The notes beneath the pieces are model-generated. The model saw only the letters and a list, made by a program, of their open reading frames with translations, searched no databases and was not told the origin of the DNA. A DNA stretch of 28,067 nt from positions 1 through 28,067 of IMG/VR virus record IMGVR_UViG_3300037461_001112. One strand, written 5' to 3'. The position numbers were made by a program, and so were the translations under genes. This document shows, in pieces, positions 1-8,981 of the stretch (positions are counted from its first letter, which is position 1; every line of letters starts with the position of its first letter). This stretch comes from a virus (lineage: Duplodnaviria; Caudoviricetes).

Positions 1-1486
1 CGGGTCAGTCCGCGTCGTCTACGCCGTTGGCGGTGTTTTGTTAGACGACGGCAATGGTAATCTCAGCGGGGCCGGCGGAACAGGAACCGTTGACTACACC
101 ACGGGAGAAGTCGAGGTGGTGCTCACTGGCGCGCCCGCCTTGGGCTTCCCCATCCAGGTTTACTACGACCCGATCATTGTGCAGTTTACCAGCCTCTACG
201 CAGGGGATATTGGTAACGAACGGCCTGTCCTGGCGGAAGGGCTGTTTGTATGGGTGGACAAGTCTCCCAGCACCCCAACGACGAATCTGGCTGTACAGTG
301 GTATCGCGTGCGCGTAATGTTCCCGCAGGATGGCGGCCCATCGGTGGCGGTCGAAACTTTCGATGCCCTGCGCACCATGGCAGAAATGGAACAAATCGTC
401 AACGACGCCGTTAATGGGTCAAAGTACATTCGGCTGGAGCGCAGCGCGCTGGCAGGGGAAGCGGACATCACTTACGACAGCAATGTTGGCCAAAAAATCG
501 GTATGACGGGCGCCTATACTGCCGCTGATGTTATCGGGACGCATGTGGCCCCGGCGTACACTGGCCTCCAACTGTTCTCTAACCGAGAAACGGTTCCGGT
601 CCACTTTCTCACCGCTCCTGGAATATGGGACAGAAGAGTTCAACTCGCTGGCATCGACCTGTGCGAGCGCCGTCATTGCGTCTGGATCTTCAGCATGCCG
701 GACTTCGATGACCCTTACAAAGCGCGGGACTTCGTCAACGGGCATTACAATGCGATCTCCCCAACGGCGATCGCACGGCCTGAAATTGATGTCCCTTATC
801 CCCCACTGGCCACTATCAGCACCACTTATGCCTTCTGCACGTTCCCGTGGCTGAAGTACTATGACCAGTATGCGGACGCTGAAGTGTGGGAACCTGGTGA
901 AGGTGATGCGCTGGTGCTCATCAGCAAAGTGGATCAGACGGCAGAACCGTGGTTCCCCATCGCTGGCTTGCGGCGTGGGAAGATCAGCAACATCGTTGAC
1001 TTGCGGTACTCTCCCAATGAGGGAGAACGTGCAGCGATCTACGGCTTGACTGGGGAAACTGTGCAAGTGGTAAACCCCTTCGTCAAGTTTGAGGGCCAGG
1101 GGATCTATCTGTATGGGCAGAGGACTATGGAACGCACGGCGAAAGCCACTGATCGACTGCATGTTCGCTGGACGGCCAATCTGGTGGCCATCTCACTGCT
1201 CTATTCCGGGCGAACCTTCCCCTTTGAACTGAATGACGCCGTTCTGTGGCGAGAGGTGGCTGTGGCTGTCCGCCGCATCATTTCCCCCATTGCCGCCAAA
1301 CGCGGGATTTATGACTACCGGATTGTGTGCGACAGCACGACGAACACGCCGGAAGTGATCGCCAATGAAAAGAAGGTGATCTGCAAGATCTTCATAAAGT
1401 GGGCAGAGGCGGCGGAAGAGATCGAGTTCCAGATGATCTACACCCCGACTGGCAGCGACTTCTCAGAAGTCGCCCCATTAGGCTAA
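1..1486 (+). CDS. Contractile tail sheath protein (5'-truncated)
   Basis: Frame is open from base 2. Sheath C-terminal motifs: PWFPIAGLRRG, VNPFVKFEGQGIYLYGQRT, RLHVRW, FELNDAVLW, RGIYDYRIVCDSTTNTPEVI, AEEIEF. Directly followed by a tube gene. Confidence 0.95.
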   Translation, partial: GSVRVVYAVGGVLLDDGNGNLSGAGGTGTVDYTTGEVEVVLTGAPALGFPIQVYYDPIIVQFTSLYAGDIGNERPVLAEGLFVWVDKSPSTPTTNLAVQWYRVRVMFPQDGGPSVAVETFDALRTMAEMEQIVNDAVNGSKYIRLERSALAGEADITYDSNVGQKIGMTGAYTAADVIGTHVAPAYTGLQLFSNRETVPVHFLTAPGIWDRRVQLAGIDLCERRHCVWIFSMPDFDDPYKARDFVNGHYNAISPTAIARPEIDVPYPPLATISTTYAFCTFPWLKYYDQYADAEVWEPGEGDALVLISKVDQTAEPWFPIAGLRRGKISNIVDLRYSPNEGERAAIYGLTGETVQVVNPFVKFEGQGIYLYGQRTMERTAKATDRLHVRWTANLVAISLLYSGRTFPFELNDAVLWREVAVAVRRIISPIAAKRGIYDYRIVCDSTTNTPEVIANEKKVICKIFIKWAEAAEEIEFQMIYTPTGSDFSEVAPLG

Positions 1487-1496
1487 GGAGAAGACC

Positions 1497-2120
1497 ATGG
1501 GAAATTACCCGTTTAACGCTATACAATTGGCCCAGCGCAGGTTCAACCCTCAGTTGGGCCACATGGGGATGATGGAATTTCACATCGACGACTTGGTGTC
1601 TGGGGGGAAAGAAATTCTGGCACTCGGATTGGCCAACTTTTCTTTCCCCTCCCCCAGGAAGGTGTCCCCGGTCACCGTCAACTACCTCAATGGCGTCATC
1701 CGTTACCCTGGAAAGCCAGGTCCTATCGAGGGTTTCTCAGCCACATTTGTGGACTATATTGACGGCCGGCAGCGCGAAATTCTGCATTCCTGGTTTGACT
1801 ATGTGTATGACGAGCGCACTGGTGTCGGCGGGTTGCCGGCGCAGATCAAAGTGGATGCGCATGCCCTGCTTTTCGGTCCAGATGGAATTGAGCGTGCGTC
1901 TTATCTCTTGTACGGAGTCTGGCCTGAAGGCGACCCCCCATTACCCGGAATTGATTTTGGAGGGGGTGGGGGTGGTGTTGTCGAAATGCAAATGCAATTC
2001 AGTGTGGACTTCATTGAGGAAGAGTTCGTCAATCGGCAGGGCACCAGCGGTGGTGCGCAAGGATCTGGTTTCGGTTCTCTGGGTGCACTAGAGAGCCGCC
2101 AAGCCGCATTACAGGGGTGA
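1497..2120 (+). CDS. Tail tube protein (T4 gp19-like)
   Basis: SD AAGGAG; follows sheath. gp19-like pattern V.VNYLNG..RYPGK..ATFVD..WFDYVYD.RTG..LYGVWP..QFSVD, plus a Gly/Ser-rich C-terminal tail. Confidence 0.88.
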   Translation: MGNYPFNAIQLAQRRFNPQLGHMGMMEFHIDDLVSGGKEILALGLANFSFPSPRKVSPVTVNYLNGVIRYPGKPGPIEGFSATFVDYIDGRQREILHSWFDYVYDERTGVGGLPAQIKVDAHALLFGPDGIERASYLLYGVWPEGDPPLPGIDFGGGGGGVVEMQMQFSVDFIEEEFVNRQGTSGGAQGSGFGSLGALESRQAALQG

Positions 2121-2126
2121 TAAGAC

Positions 2127-2140
2127 AAGTGTACTACAAG
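2127..2140. repeat. 14-bp inverted repeat, copy 1 (AAGTGTACTACAAG)
   Basis: Exact reverse complement of 16819-16832. Intergenic, and overlaps the SD of the 2151 gene. Confidence 0.75.
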
Positions 2141-2150
2141 GAGATTTTTC

Positions 2151-2930
2151 ATGACAGCGACTATTTCACTCCCCTACCAATTGCCCTCTCGGGGGCTGCT
2201 ATATGGGGGTAAGATACCGGATGGGAATGTAACCATCCTCCCGATTCGTGGCGAGCAGGAAGAACTTCTAGCGGGAACGGCAGACAAGGCCGAAAGTTCC
2301 CTCATTGTCTTGCAGCATGTCACCCAGCAGCTTGTGCAGACACCATCGGATTTCGCTTTTCAAGATTTGCTCGTCACCGATTGGATGGCGTGCCTTTTAA
2401 ATCTGTTGGTTTTCTCCTATACGCCTACAATTACGCTTAAACCAAAGTGCCCACGGTGTGGGCACTCCTTTGTCCAGACCACCAGTGTCCCCGAACTTGA
2501 GTGCACCACCGTCGAAAAGTTCGACGCTACTACATACCGTGAGCCCTTCACTTCTAAACCCCTCCCGCGTTCTGGTGAGACCGTTAAATTTCGGTTGCTG
2601 CGCTTACGAGACCTGAATCGAATCCAGGACTATGTGCAGAAAGTGCAGCCGCGCCTTGGCGCAATAGGGGGAAACCCCGCACTATCATACACTCTCGCCG
2701 TCCAAATTCTGTCCGTCAACGATGTGGCGAAGACAGATTTGGAGATCATTCGCTGGGCGAAAAATGCCTTGGCCTTCGACTTGCGCTTTTTGCGGGAGCA
2801 AATCGAGAGTTACGAGACAGGGTATGACCTGCGCCCGACATTCAAATGCCAGAAATGTGAGGAGTTGTTCCAAGTGCAACTGCCGCTCGACTTTTTTCGT
2901 GCAAATGCTTCCCAGCTTGGACAAACTTAG
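2151..2930 (+). CDS. Tail assembly chaperone / T4 gp26-like baseplate hub assembly protein with two CxxC pairs
   Basis: SD AAGGAG. LPSRG..Y start, CPRC and CQKC motifs, FRLLR motif, and DFF near the C-terminus. Lies between tube and tape measure genes. Confidence 0.75.
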   Translation: MTATISLPYQLPSRGLLYGGKIPDGNVTILPIRGEQEELLAGTADKAESSLIVLQHVTQQLVQTPSDFAFQDLLVTDWMACLLNLLVFSYTPTITLKPKCPRCGHSFVQTTSVPELECTTVEKFDATTYREPFTSKPLPRSGETVKFRLLRLRDLNRIQDYVQKVQPRLGAIGGNPALSYTLAVQILSVNDVAKTDLEIIRWAKNALAFDLRFLREQIESYETGYDLRPTFKCQKCEELFQVQLPLDFFRANASQLGQT

Positions 2931-3123
2931 GGAGCAGCGCTTCGGCATGATGGTGTGCGCCGAGCGCACCTATCAAGAGTGGGCTGCCATGACCCCCTGG
3001 CAGCGGGACGATTTCATCCATCGTTTTATGAAGTACCAGCAGGAACGCAAAGAAGAAGCAGATAAACAGACCCAAGAGATCAGGGCTAAAATGCCCCGAG
3101 CTCCACAAGGGAAATTTCATTAG
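2905..3123 (+). CDS. Small T4 gp51-like / tail chaperone second-frame ORF (possibly translated by frameshift from the upstream gene)
   Basis: Motif W..MTPWQRD.FI resembles the gp51-like M.PWER pattern. Fills the gap before the tape measure gene. The ATG at 2905 has no SD, so the start is uncertain. Confidence 0.7.
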   Translation: MLPSLDKLREQRFGMMVCAERTYQEWAAMTPWQRDDFIHRFMKYQQERKEEADKQTQEIRAKMPRAPQGKFH

Positions 3124-3131
3124 GGAAAACT

Positions 3132-5450
3132 ATGCCGGCCTCTTCGCAGAATATCGTTGAACTCATCCTGACGATGAAGGACGCCCAGGAAATCCTCGAC
3201 CAGTTCAAAGGGGTTGAGCGGGCCGCCGCCGAAGTCGTTCTCGCCGTGAAGAACGGGGTGGCCAATATGGCCAGCATGACCACAACTGCCACTAGAGTTG
3301 TGGCTGACAAGTTGCAGCAATTCACGCTCAACCTTTTTGACAGAACGGGCCAGGCCACTAGAGATTTAGGGGCGTGGTTCGTCTCTGCGCTCAATTTAGT
3401 TCGTGAGCAGTACCCAATCCTCGACACAGCCCTGCAAACGTACATCGTCAAGCCGGTCACGAGCCTGTACGACACCGTGACAAAAACCCTGCACAAAATA
3501 GTTGGTAAGACGTTGGGATACTACGAAGAGGGGACCACCTTCATCGAGAAAATTTCCAATGTGGCGAGAGGTGCGGCCAATGCACTTTACGACACCACTC
3601 TGGGGAAGATTTCTCAAGCGACGGACTACTTGGCTAAAGAGTACCCCAAGACGGCAAAACTTTTAGAGGGGTCGTGGTTGGTTGCAAAGACGGCTGTACT
3701 GGCCTTTTCAACGGCCATGGTGGGAGTCCCCGCAATAGCCATTAAGGCCGGGCAGGCAATTTATGGCATCGGCGCTATGGCCGTAAACGGGCTAGGGAAG
3801 GCGTGGAATGCCGTCAAAGTGGGGGTAAAGATATTTTCTGACATTAAATCTTCTATCATTGGCTCAAAGAATCATCTTGGAGAATATGAGGGGGGCATCC
3901 TTGGGATCAGTAAGGCTCTAAATTTAGCGAAGAAGGCAGCTAAGATTTCTATCGAGATTGTTGGGGTAGTTGGGGCACTCGGCCTTCTAAAAGCGTTCTT
4001 CATGCAAGCTGGTGGGATCTTCGCAAGCAGCGGAAGCGCGTGGGACATCATTATGGACCGCGTCAATGCCGCCCTGCTGCCTGTCGCCTCCCAAATGATT
4101 AGGCTGGCCGAAAAAGTGGCACCGATGATCGTGCGCGCCATGATGCCGCTCGTCGACATGATGCTCAAACTGTTCACTTTCGCTAACAAAGCGTTGGATG
4201 AGACGGTGACAGGGACCGGGAAATTTGGTGGGATTCTAGGCACTATTAAAGACACGGTCAAGGCCATTGCCGAAAGTGGATTCGGGATGTTGATCAGCTT
4301 GTCCCGCACCCTTCTGCCCATCATCATTGAAATTTCTAAATTTACGGGCGAGGTATTAAAAGACATCGTGGTACAAGTGCTCCCTATGGTGAAGGAACTT
4401 GCCGCCACGCTATTCCCGGCGATCACCTCTGTATTCAGGCAGCTCATGCCTATCGTCAAAGATTTGGTCAAGGCCCTTGTCGAGTCCCTCGCCCCCATCA
4501 TCGTAGAACTTTCTGGTAGCATAATACGCATCATTCAGGATCTCGTAAAGCTTCTTCCCGCACTATTGCCAGCCTTAAAAGATTTGGCCAAATCTTTGGC
4601 AGAACTGTTGGTGGCTGTGGCCCCCATGTTGGTTGGGATCCTTAAAGCGCTGACTGAAATCACGGCTAAACTGTTGTTGCCCGCCGTTGTCAAACTGCTC
4701 GTCTGGTTTACCCAAATCCTGGTGCAGATCATTGATCTACTCACGGGGGTAATCTCCATCATCGTGGAATTGGGGGGGATAGCGAAAGGCACGTTCTACG
4801 CGGTCATTGATGACATCTCCGGGTTTTTCTACGGGTTAGCGAACGTGGTGGACAAGGTGTTCGGCGGGATCTTCACATTTCTCAAAGAGTCCTGGACTGA
4901 GCTGAAGGAATTTTTCGGGTTTGACACGCTAGCGGAAGGGATTGCCGGGGTCTTTGGCAGCATCGCCTCCTCTTTAGAGACGCCGTTCAAGGTCATGAAA
5001 GAGTATATCAACGCCTTCATCGTCGAACCGATTCGGTGGTTTCTCACAACAGAGTTGCCCGTAATCGGTTCGCTGGCGGACCTTTGGGGGGATCCAATCC
5101 CGAAGCCGATGGCGGTTGGTGGCATTGTATCCAAGCCAATGGTCAGTTTGCTCGGTGAAGCTGGCCCAGAGGCGGTTATCCCGCTCACCCCGGAAGGTAT
5201 CTCAAAAATCGCCCCGGCCATTATACCGCAAGCGCCGCCAGTGATAGTAAGGCCGGTCATTGTCCCAACAACCCCGGCTAATGTGGAGTTCCCAGATCGC
5301 ATGACCACCGCTCATGGCCCGGCTATTGTCGATGTGCTGGGCCGAATTGAGCGGGTCCTGATGACGATAGAGCGTAAAATTCAATACTCCCCCGAGGAAG
5401 AGCAAAAAGATATGCCTATCGCGTTTACGCTGGAGGGATTTAGCGCATGA
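3132..5450 (+). CDS. Tape measure protein
   Basis: 772 aa, Ala/Ile/Leu/Gly-rich and helical, with ~11-residue Pro-containing periodicity (LLPIIIEISKF/VLPMVKELAAT/LFPAITSVFRQ/LMPIVKDLVKA). Typical C-terminal motif MAVGGIV..P...LLGEAGPEAVIPL. Expected synteny. Confidence 0.92.
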   Translation: MPASSQNIVELILTMKDAQEILDQFKGVERAAAEVVLAVKNGVANMASMTTTATRVVADKLQQFTLNLFDRTGQATRDLGAWFVSALNLVREQYPILDTALQTYIVKPVTSLYDTVTKTLHKIVGKTLGYYEEGTTFIEKISNVARGAANALYDTTLGKISQATDYLAKEYPKTAKLLEGSWLVAKTAVLAFSTAMVGVPAIAIKAGQAIYGIGAMAVNGLGKAWNAVKVGVKIFSDIKSSIIGSKNHLGEYEGGILGISKALNLAKKAAKISIEIVGVVGALGLLKAFFMQAGGIFASSGSAWDIIMDRVNAALLPVASQMIRLAEKVAPMIVRAMMPLVDMMLKLFTFANKALDETVTGTGKFGGILGTIKDTVKAIAESGFGMLISLSRTLLPIIIEISKFTGEVLKDIVVQVLPMVKELAATLFPAITSVFRQLMPIVKDLVKALVESLAPIIVELSGSIIRIIQDLVKLLPALLPALKDLAKSLAELLVAVAPMLVGILKALTEITAKLLLPAVVKLLVWFTQILVQIIDLLTGVISIIVELGGIAKGTFYAVIDDISGFFYGLANVVDKVFGGIFTFLKESWTELKEFFGFDTLAEGIAGVFGSIASSLETPFKVMKEYINAFIVEPIRWFLTTELPVIGSLADLWGDPIPKPMAVGGIVSKPMVSLLGEAGPEAVIPLTPEGISKIAPAIIPQAPPVIVRPVIVPTTPANVEFPDRMTTAHGPAIVDVLGRIERVLMTIERKIQYSPEEEQKDMPIAFTLEGFSA

Positions 5451-6238
5451 TGACACCACCAGGGCCGCCGACTCAGTGCAGTATTACTCTCAAAGATGTC
5501 CCGACCGAACGGTTGTTGTTCGAGTCCTTTCCTACCTCTCTGTCGGAGGGCTATAATACGAAGTGGGACACGCTTAATGCAGGTGCGGCAACCGCCGATT
5601 TCCGCGGTAAGTATGGCGGTGGGAATTTTGATCCCTTCAGTTTGAGCCTTGAATTTGTGGCCGGGTTGCACCCAAAAGTAAACAGGCGCGCGGGTCTCGG
5701 CGTCGAATTCGTTCTTAAAGAAAGTTCATACGGACGGGAGACAAGAATAGCGGACGATAGATATTTGGATCAAGAGCTAGTGATGCTGGAGAGAAAGGTG
5801 AGATGGCTGCAGGCCCTTGGGCTACCCCGCCCAACTAGGCAACGCCCTGCCGGCGGGCGGGGGGTGGTGGAAGGGGAACCACCAGAGGTTCTTATCACGA
5901 TTGGTCGATTTATGACGATCAGTGGCATTGTGACAAGCACTAACACTAGTTGGAAACCACCGTTCCACCCAGTCTCTGCGCGGCCTTATACGGCGGAAGT
6001 CAGCCTGACCATCAAGCGCCTTTTCACTTTCTTCCCAGACTGGTACGATGTTGCAGAGCAAACGGTGCCAACAGTTGTCCCGTTTGACCCCATTGCGTCC
6101 CAACGTGCGGCTAAAGCGGGTGTTTCTCAAACAGAGAATTGGAACCAGCAGTCGTATGAGGGGCTTTCACAAAGTCAAGTTGTGCAGCTTATGGCTGATG
6201 ATATGGAAAAAGTTTTGGTCTGGAGCCCAAGGACATGA
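5447..6238 (+). CDS. Putative tail tube initiator / baseplate-tube junction protein
   Basis: Immediately after the tape measure gene (ATGA overlap). Tube-like fold signature P.SLSE.Y...W..., PPEVLITIG...GIVTS....W...P..AEVSLTI. Confidence 0.7.
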   Translation: MMTPPGPPTQCSITLKDVPTERLLFESFPTSLSEGYNTKWDTLNAGAATADFRGKYGGGNFDPFSLSLEFVAGLHPKVNRRAGLGVEFVLKESSYGRETRIADDRYLDQELVMLERKVRWLQALGLPRPTRQRPAGGRGVVEGEPPEVLITIGRFMTISGIVTSTNTSWKPPFHPVSARPYTAEVSLTIKRLFTFFPDWYDVAEQTVPTVVPFDPIASQRAAKAGVSQTENWNQQSYEGLSQSQVVQLMADDMEKVLVWSPRT

Positions 6239-6570
6239 CGCAAGAATTAAAGCTCCCATCAACCTCTCGTTACCGAGTCACCCCCGTATACAGTAAGGCT
6301 GGCTGCGCATTTTTTGGTGTGTGGGTCAGGCCCAACGTAAAACGCGATGGGGACGAAAAAATTATTACGATCGGCGACGAAAATCGTGGGCAACTGGACT
6401 TGATTGCCCATGAGGAGTATGGGGATCGTTCCCTGTGGTGGGCGATTGCGAGTATGAATTTTATCCGAAGCGTGTCCGACGAAGTAGTCCCCGGACTTCG
6501 TTTAGTAGTCCCAAAATTGGCAAACATCAAGTCAGCCCTACTGGAGAGTGGTGATGGCGCACACAATTAG
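6235..6570 (+). CDS. LysM-like baseplate wedge protein (P2 gpX / T4 gp53-like)
   Basis: SRY start and the motif LDLIAHEEYGDRSLWWAIASMN....PGLRLVVP. Confidence 0.85.
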   Translation: MTQELKLPSTSRYRVTPVYSKAGCAFFGVWVRPNVKRDGDEKIITIGDENRGQLDLIAHEEYGDRSLWWAIASMNFIRSVSDEVVPGLRLVVPKLANIKSALLESGDGAHN

Positions 6571-7771
6571 GCCGATCATCGAGATCAACCCATCATACCC
6601 CGATTCGGGGAGAAGCATAGACATTACCACACGGGTACGGTACTTGACATTGGGGGAATCTTTGCTGTCAGGGGAAATGCCGTGGCTCATGGAGCTAGTT
6701 GCCGACTCTCTCACCTCCGATGAAGATTTGATGTTCGACGACCGCAATTTGGCACTTCGTATTTCTACCGAGCAGGACGGGAAGGAAACCACTTCTGGAT
6801 GGCGGCACTGCTTGGTTGAGCGCAGCAGTTTGTACTATTCGGGGACGCACCCGATAATCCGTTTGGAAGGCAATAGCTTGGCCCCCCTCTTAAAGCAGAA
6901 GCAGAAATGGCGGGTGTTCACCAATCGCTCTCCTGGGGAGATTGTGCGATCCATAGCCCCGGAGTATGGAATGATCGCGCAAACCCCCGATATGGACAAG
7001 GGGACTTGGCAGCAGTTGGGGGAACACGATTGGTCATTTTTGCGCTCCATCTTAGAGGAGACTTCTCCTGCATTCGGGCAAAAACGGGGCTGGCTTGTGG
7101 TTGACGGTAAAACTTTGAAAATCCTGACTTTGAATTACGCCGCCCCGGTGGTTCGTAGCTTCCTCGTCGGACGTGGTGATGACCGCAGCGCTGCGATAAA
7201 GTTTGTGTGCCATGGTCGGGCAGTTGAGGAGGATGGTGGCTCAAAACTCCGCATACATGGGTTCAACATTTTAGGGAAGCACTCCTTGCTGTACACGCCA
7301 CCTGATGCAGTAATCCCCGTCCTGACTAGGGCATTATTGCACCCTTACGGTACTGGGTTTCAAGAATACTCAACGAGTTTGCAGACCGTGCGGGAAGTGC
7401 AAGCGCAAGCCAAGCGGCAGTGGGTAGAGAGGACGTCTTCCTATTTTTCATTTCAGCTTTCTGTACTTGGTGACGTACGCCTGCGCGCGGGGGATATGAT
7501 AGAAGTCATTGCCTCCGATACGGGGGTTTCTTCCTCGCTGGGCGGGAAATACCCGATCTATGAAGTTCAGCACATCTATGCACATGCGGCAACAAAAAAT
7601 CACCCAGTGGGGGTCACTACCCATCTGGGTGGTTTTCGGCGCACATTTCTCTACGGAGACATTAAAGCGCAGGGCATTGGGCATGACCGTGTCATCTCTG
7701 AAGACACTTATGCCCGTGACGGTCATGGACAGGAAGAAAGTATCGTCGTGCCGGTGGTGGAGCTGCCATGA
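6554..7771 (+). CDS. Baseplate hub protein (P2 gpD / T4 gp27-like)
   Basis: F.N.S.GEIV..IA..YG, QQLGEHDWSFL, GDVRLRAGDMIEV..G.Y.I.EV.H motifs. Located between the LysM-like and spike genes. Start set at the ATG 7 nt after GGAG. Confidence 0.82.
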   Translation: MAHTIRPIIEINPSYPDSGRSIDITTRVRYLTLGESLLSGEMPWLMELVADSLTSDEDLMFDDRNLALRISTEQDGKETTSGWRHCLVERSSLYYSGTHPIIRLEGNSLAPLLKQKQKWRVFTNRSPGEIVRSIAPEYGMIAQTPDMDKGTWQQLGEHDWSFLRSILEETSPAFGQKRGWLVVDGKTLKILTLNYAAPVVRSFLVGRGDDRSAAIKFVCHGRAVEEDGGSKLRIHGFNILGKHSLLYTPPDAVIPVLTRALLHPYGTGFQEYSTSLQTVREVQAQAKRQWVERTSSYFSFQLSVLGDVRLRAGDMIEVIASDTGVSSSLGGKYPIYEVQHIYAHAATKNHPVGVTTHLGGFRRTFLYGDIKAQGIGHDRVISEDTYARDGHGQEESIVVPVVELP

Positions 7772-8592
7772 AACAATTTATGGGAATTTGGCCAGGAATC
7801 GTAGTGTCCCGGGATGACCCCGAGCGAAAAGGCAGGATTCGGGTACGAGCACCCCAGGTGTACGGCGCAATGGAGGCCGAGCATATTGCCGATGCTGATC
7901 TTCCATGGGCTACCCCATGCTTCCCGTTTGCGGGTAAAAGCTCTGGCTTTTCTATGATCCCTGAAGTGGGGAGTGGGGTTTGGCTGATGTTCTATGGTGG
8001 TGACCCTGGCGTCCCGATTTATCTTGGCGCTTGGTATGGCCATGCCGACGGGTTCCCAGAGCAAGCACCAGAAAATTTCGTCATCAAGACGCCATTGGGG
8101 TGCATTCTCAGCTTAGACGATAGCCAAGCGACCCCAGGTGTACTACTACAGGACGCCACACAGCAGGAAATGAAATTTGACAGCCTTCAAGGGAAAATTT
8201 CTATCCGCGCCCTGCAAAATCTCGAGGGGACGTCCGGGCAAGATCTTTCTCTTAACTCCGGTGGGCAGATGACTCTATCCGCCGGATTGCTGTTGAACTT
8301 ATCGGCCCTGGCAGCCATTACAATCTCCGCTATTGCAGCGTGCACCATCAGTGCCGGGGCCGCTCTTACTATTACGGCGGTTGGGGCGCTTCAACTGCTC
8401 GGGCTGAATGTTGTGTTAGGGCAGGCAGCGACTGCCCAAAAACTGTGTAATAAAGCCATGATGGACTTGTACAACTCGCACACGCACGTTTACACCCTGC
8501 CACAACATCCGGGGGGGCCGGGGGCAACCTCTGTCCCCACGCAACAAGGGATTGAGGACACGCATACCACAAGCCATGTGAGGTGTAGCTAA
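7768..8592 (+). CDS. Baseplate central spike (gpV/gp5-like)
   Basis: N-terminal OB-fold GIVVSRDDPERKGRIRVRAP..LPWA..PEVG..VW..F..GDP..P.YLG, octapeptide beta-helix repeats, and an apex HTH (HxH) metal-binding motif. No lysozyme domain. Confidence 0.93.
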   Translation: MKQFMGIWPGIVVSRDDPERKGRIRVRAPQVYGAMEAEHIADADLPWATPCFPFAGKSSGFSMIPEVGSGVWLMFYGGDPGVPIYLGAWYGHADGFPEQAPENFVIKTPLGCILSLDDSQATPGVLLQDATQQEMKFDSLQGKISIRALQNLEGTSGQDLSLNSGGQMTLSAGLLLNLSALAAITISAIAACTISAGAALTITAVGALQLLGLNVVLGQAATAQKLCNKAMMDLYNSHTHVYTLPQHPGGPGATSVPTQQGIEDTHTTSHVRCS

Positions 8593-8981
8593 TGTCATCA
8601 CTACAGCAGAAATCTGGCCCGGCGTTCCCATTCGGGCGTAGTATTCGCAGCGTTCTGGGGGAAAAGACGCGGCGAGAGTCCATACAAACGGCGGTACGCC
8701 TGATACTAGAGACCCCCAAGGGGAGCATCCCCTACGCCCCAAATTTTGGTTCGCATGTTCCACATTTGGTCTTCGACCCCCTTGACGACACCTTACTCAA
8801 TTTGCTCATATACTACGCTGTGCATGACTTAGAAGAGCAGGACACACGGATCAAAGTGCGCTCTGTCGTCATCAATATTGTTGCACCGCATCATGTTGCA
8901 GTCCAGCTCGGCTATGAGGACCGGAACTCCCCGGGCTTGCCAATCCAAAAAACTATGGTAGATTTCTCGGGGGGGCAATAA
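8592..8981 (+). CDS. Baseplate wedge / sheath initiator (gp25/gpW-like)
   Basis: SI...VRLILETPKGS.PY.PNFGS....LVFDP..D.RIKV motif. Confidence 0.93.
   Translation: MSSLQQKSGPAFPFGRSIRSVLGEKTRRESIQTAVRLILETPKGSIPYAPNFGSHVPHLVFDPLDDTLLNLLIYYAVHDLEEQDTRIKVRSVVINIVAPHHVAVQLGYEDRNSPGLPIQKTMVDFSGGQ

Noticed and set aside
1959-1977. G-rich run in the tube gene as a slippage or phase-variation tract
   Set aside because: It encodes a Gly6 loop with mixed codons, the longest G run is short, and the frame continues into conserved tube sequence.
3106-3134. -1 frameshift from the gp51-like ORF into the tape measure gene at GGGAAAT
   Set aside because: The -1 frame is open up to the tape measure ATG, but the heptamer is in the wrong phase (GGG AAA T rather than G GGA AAT).
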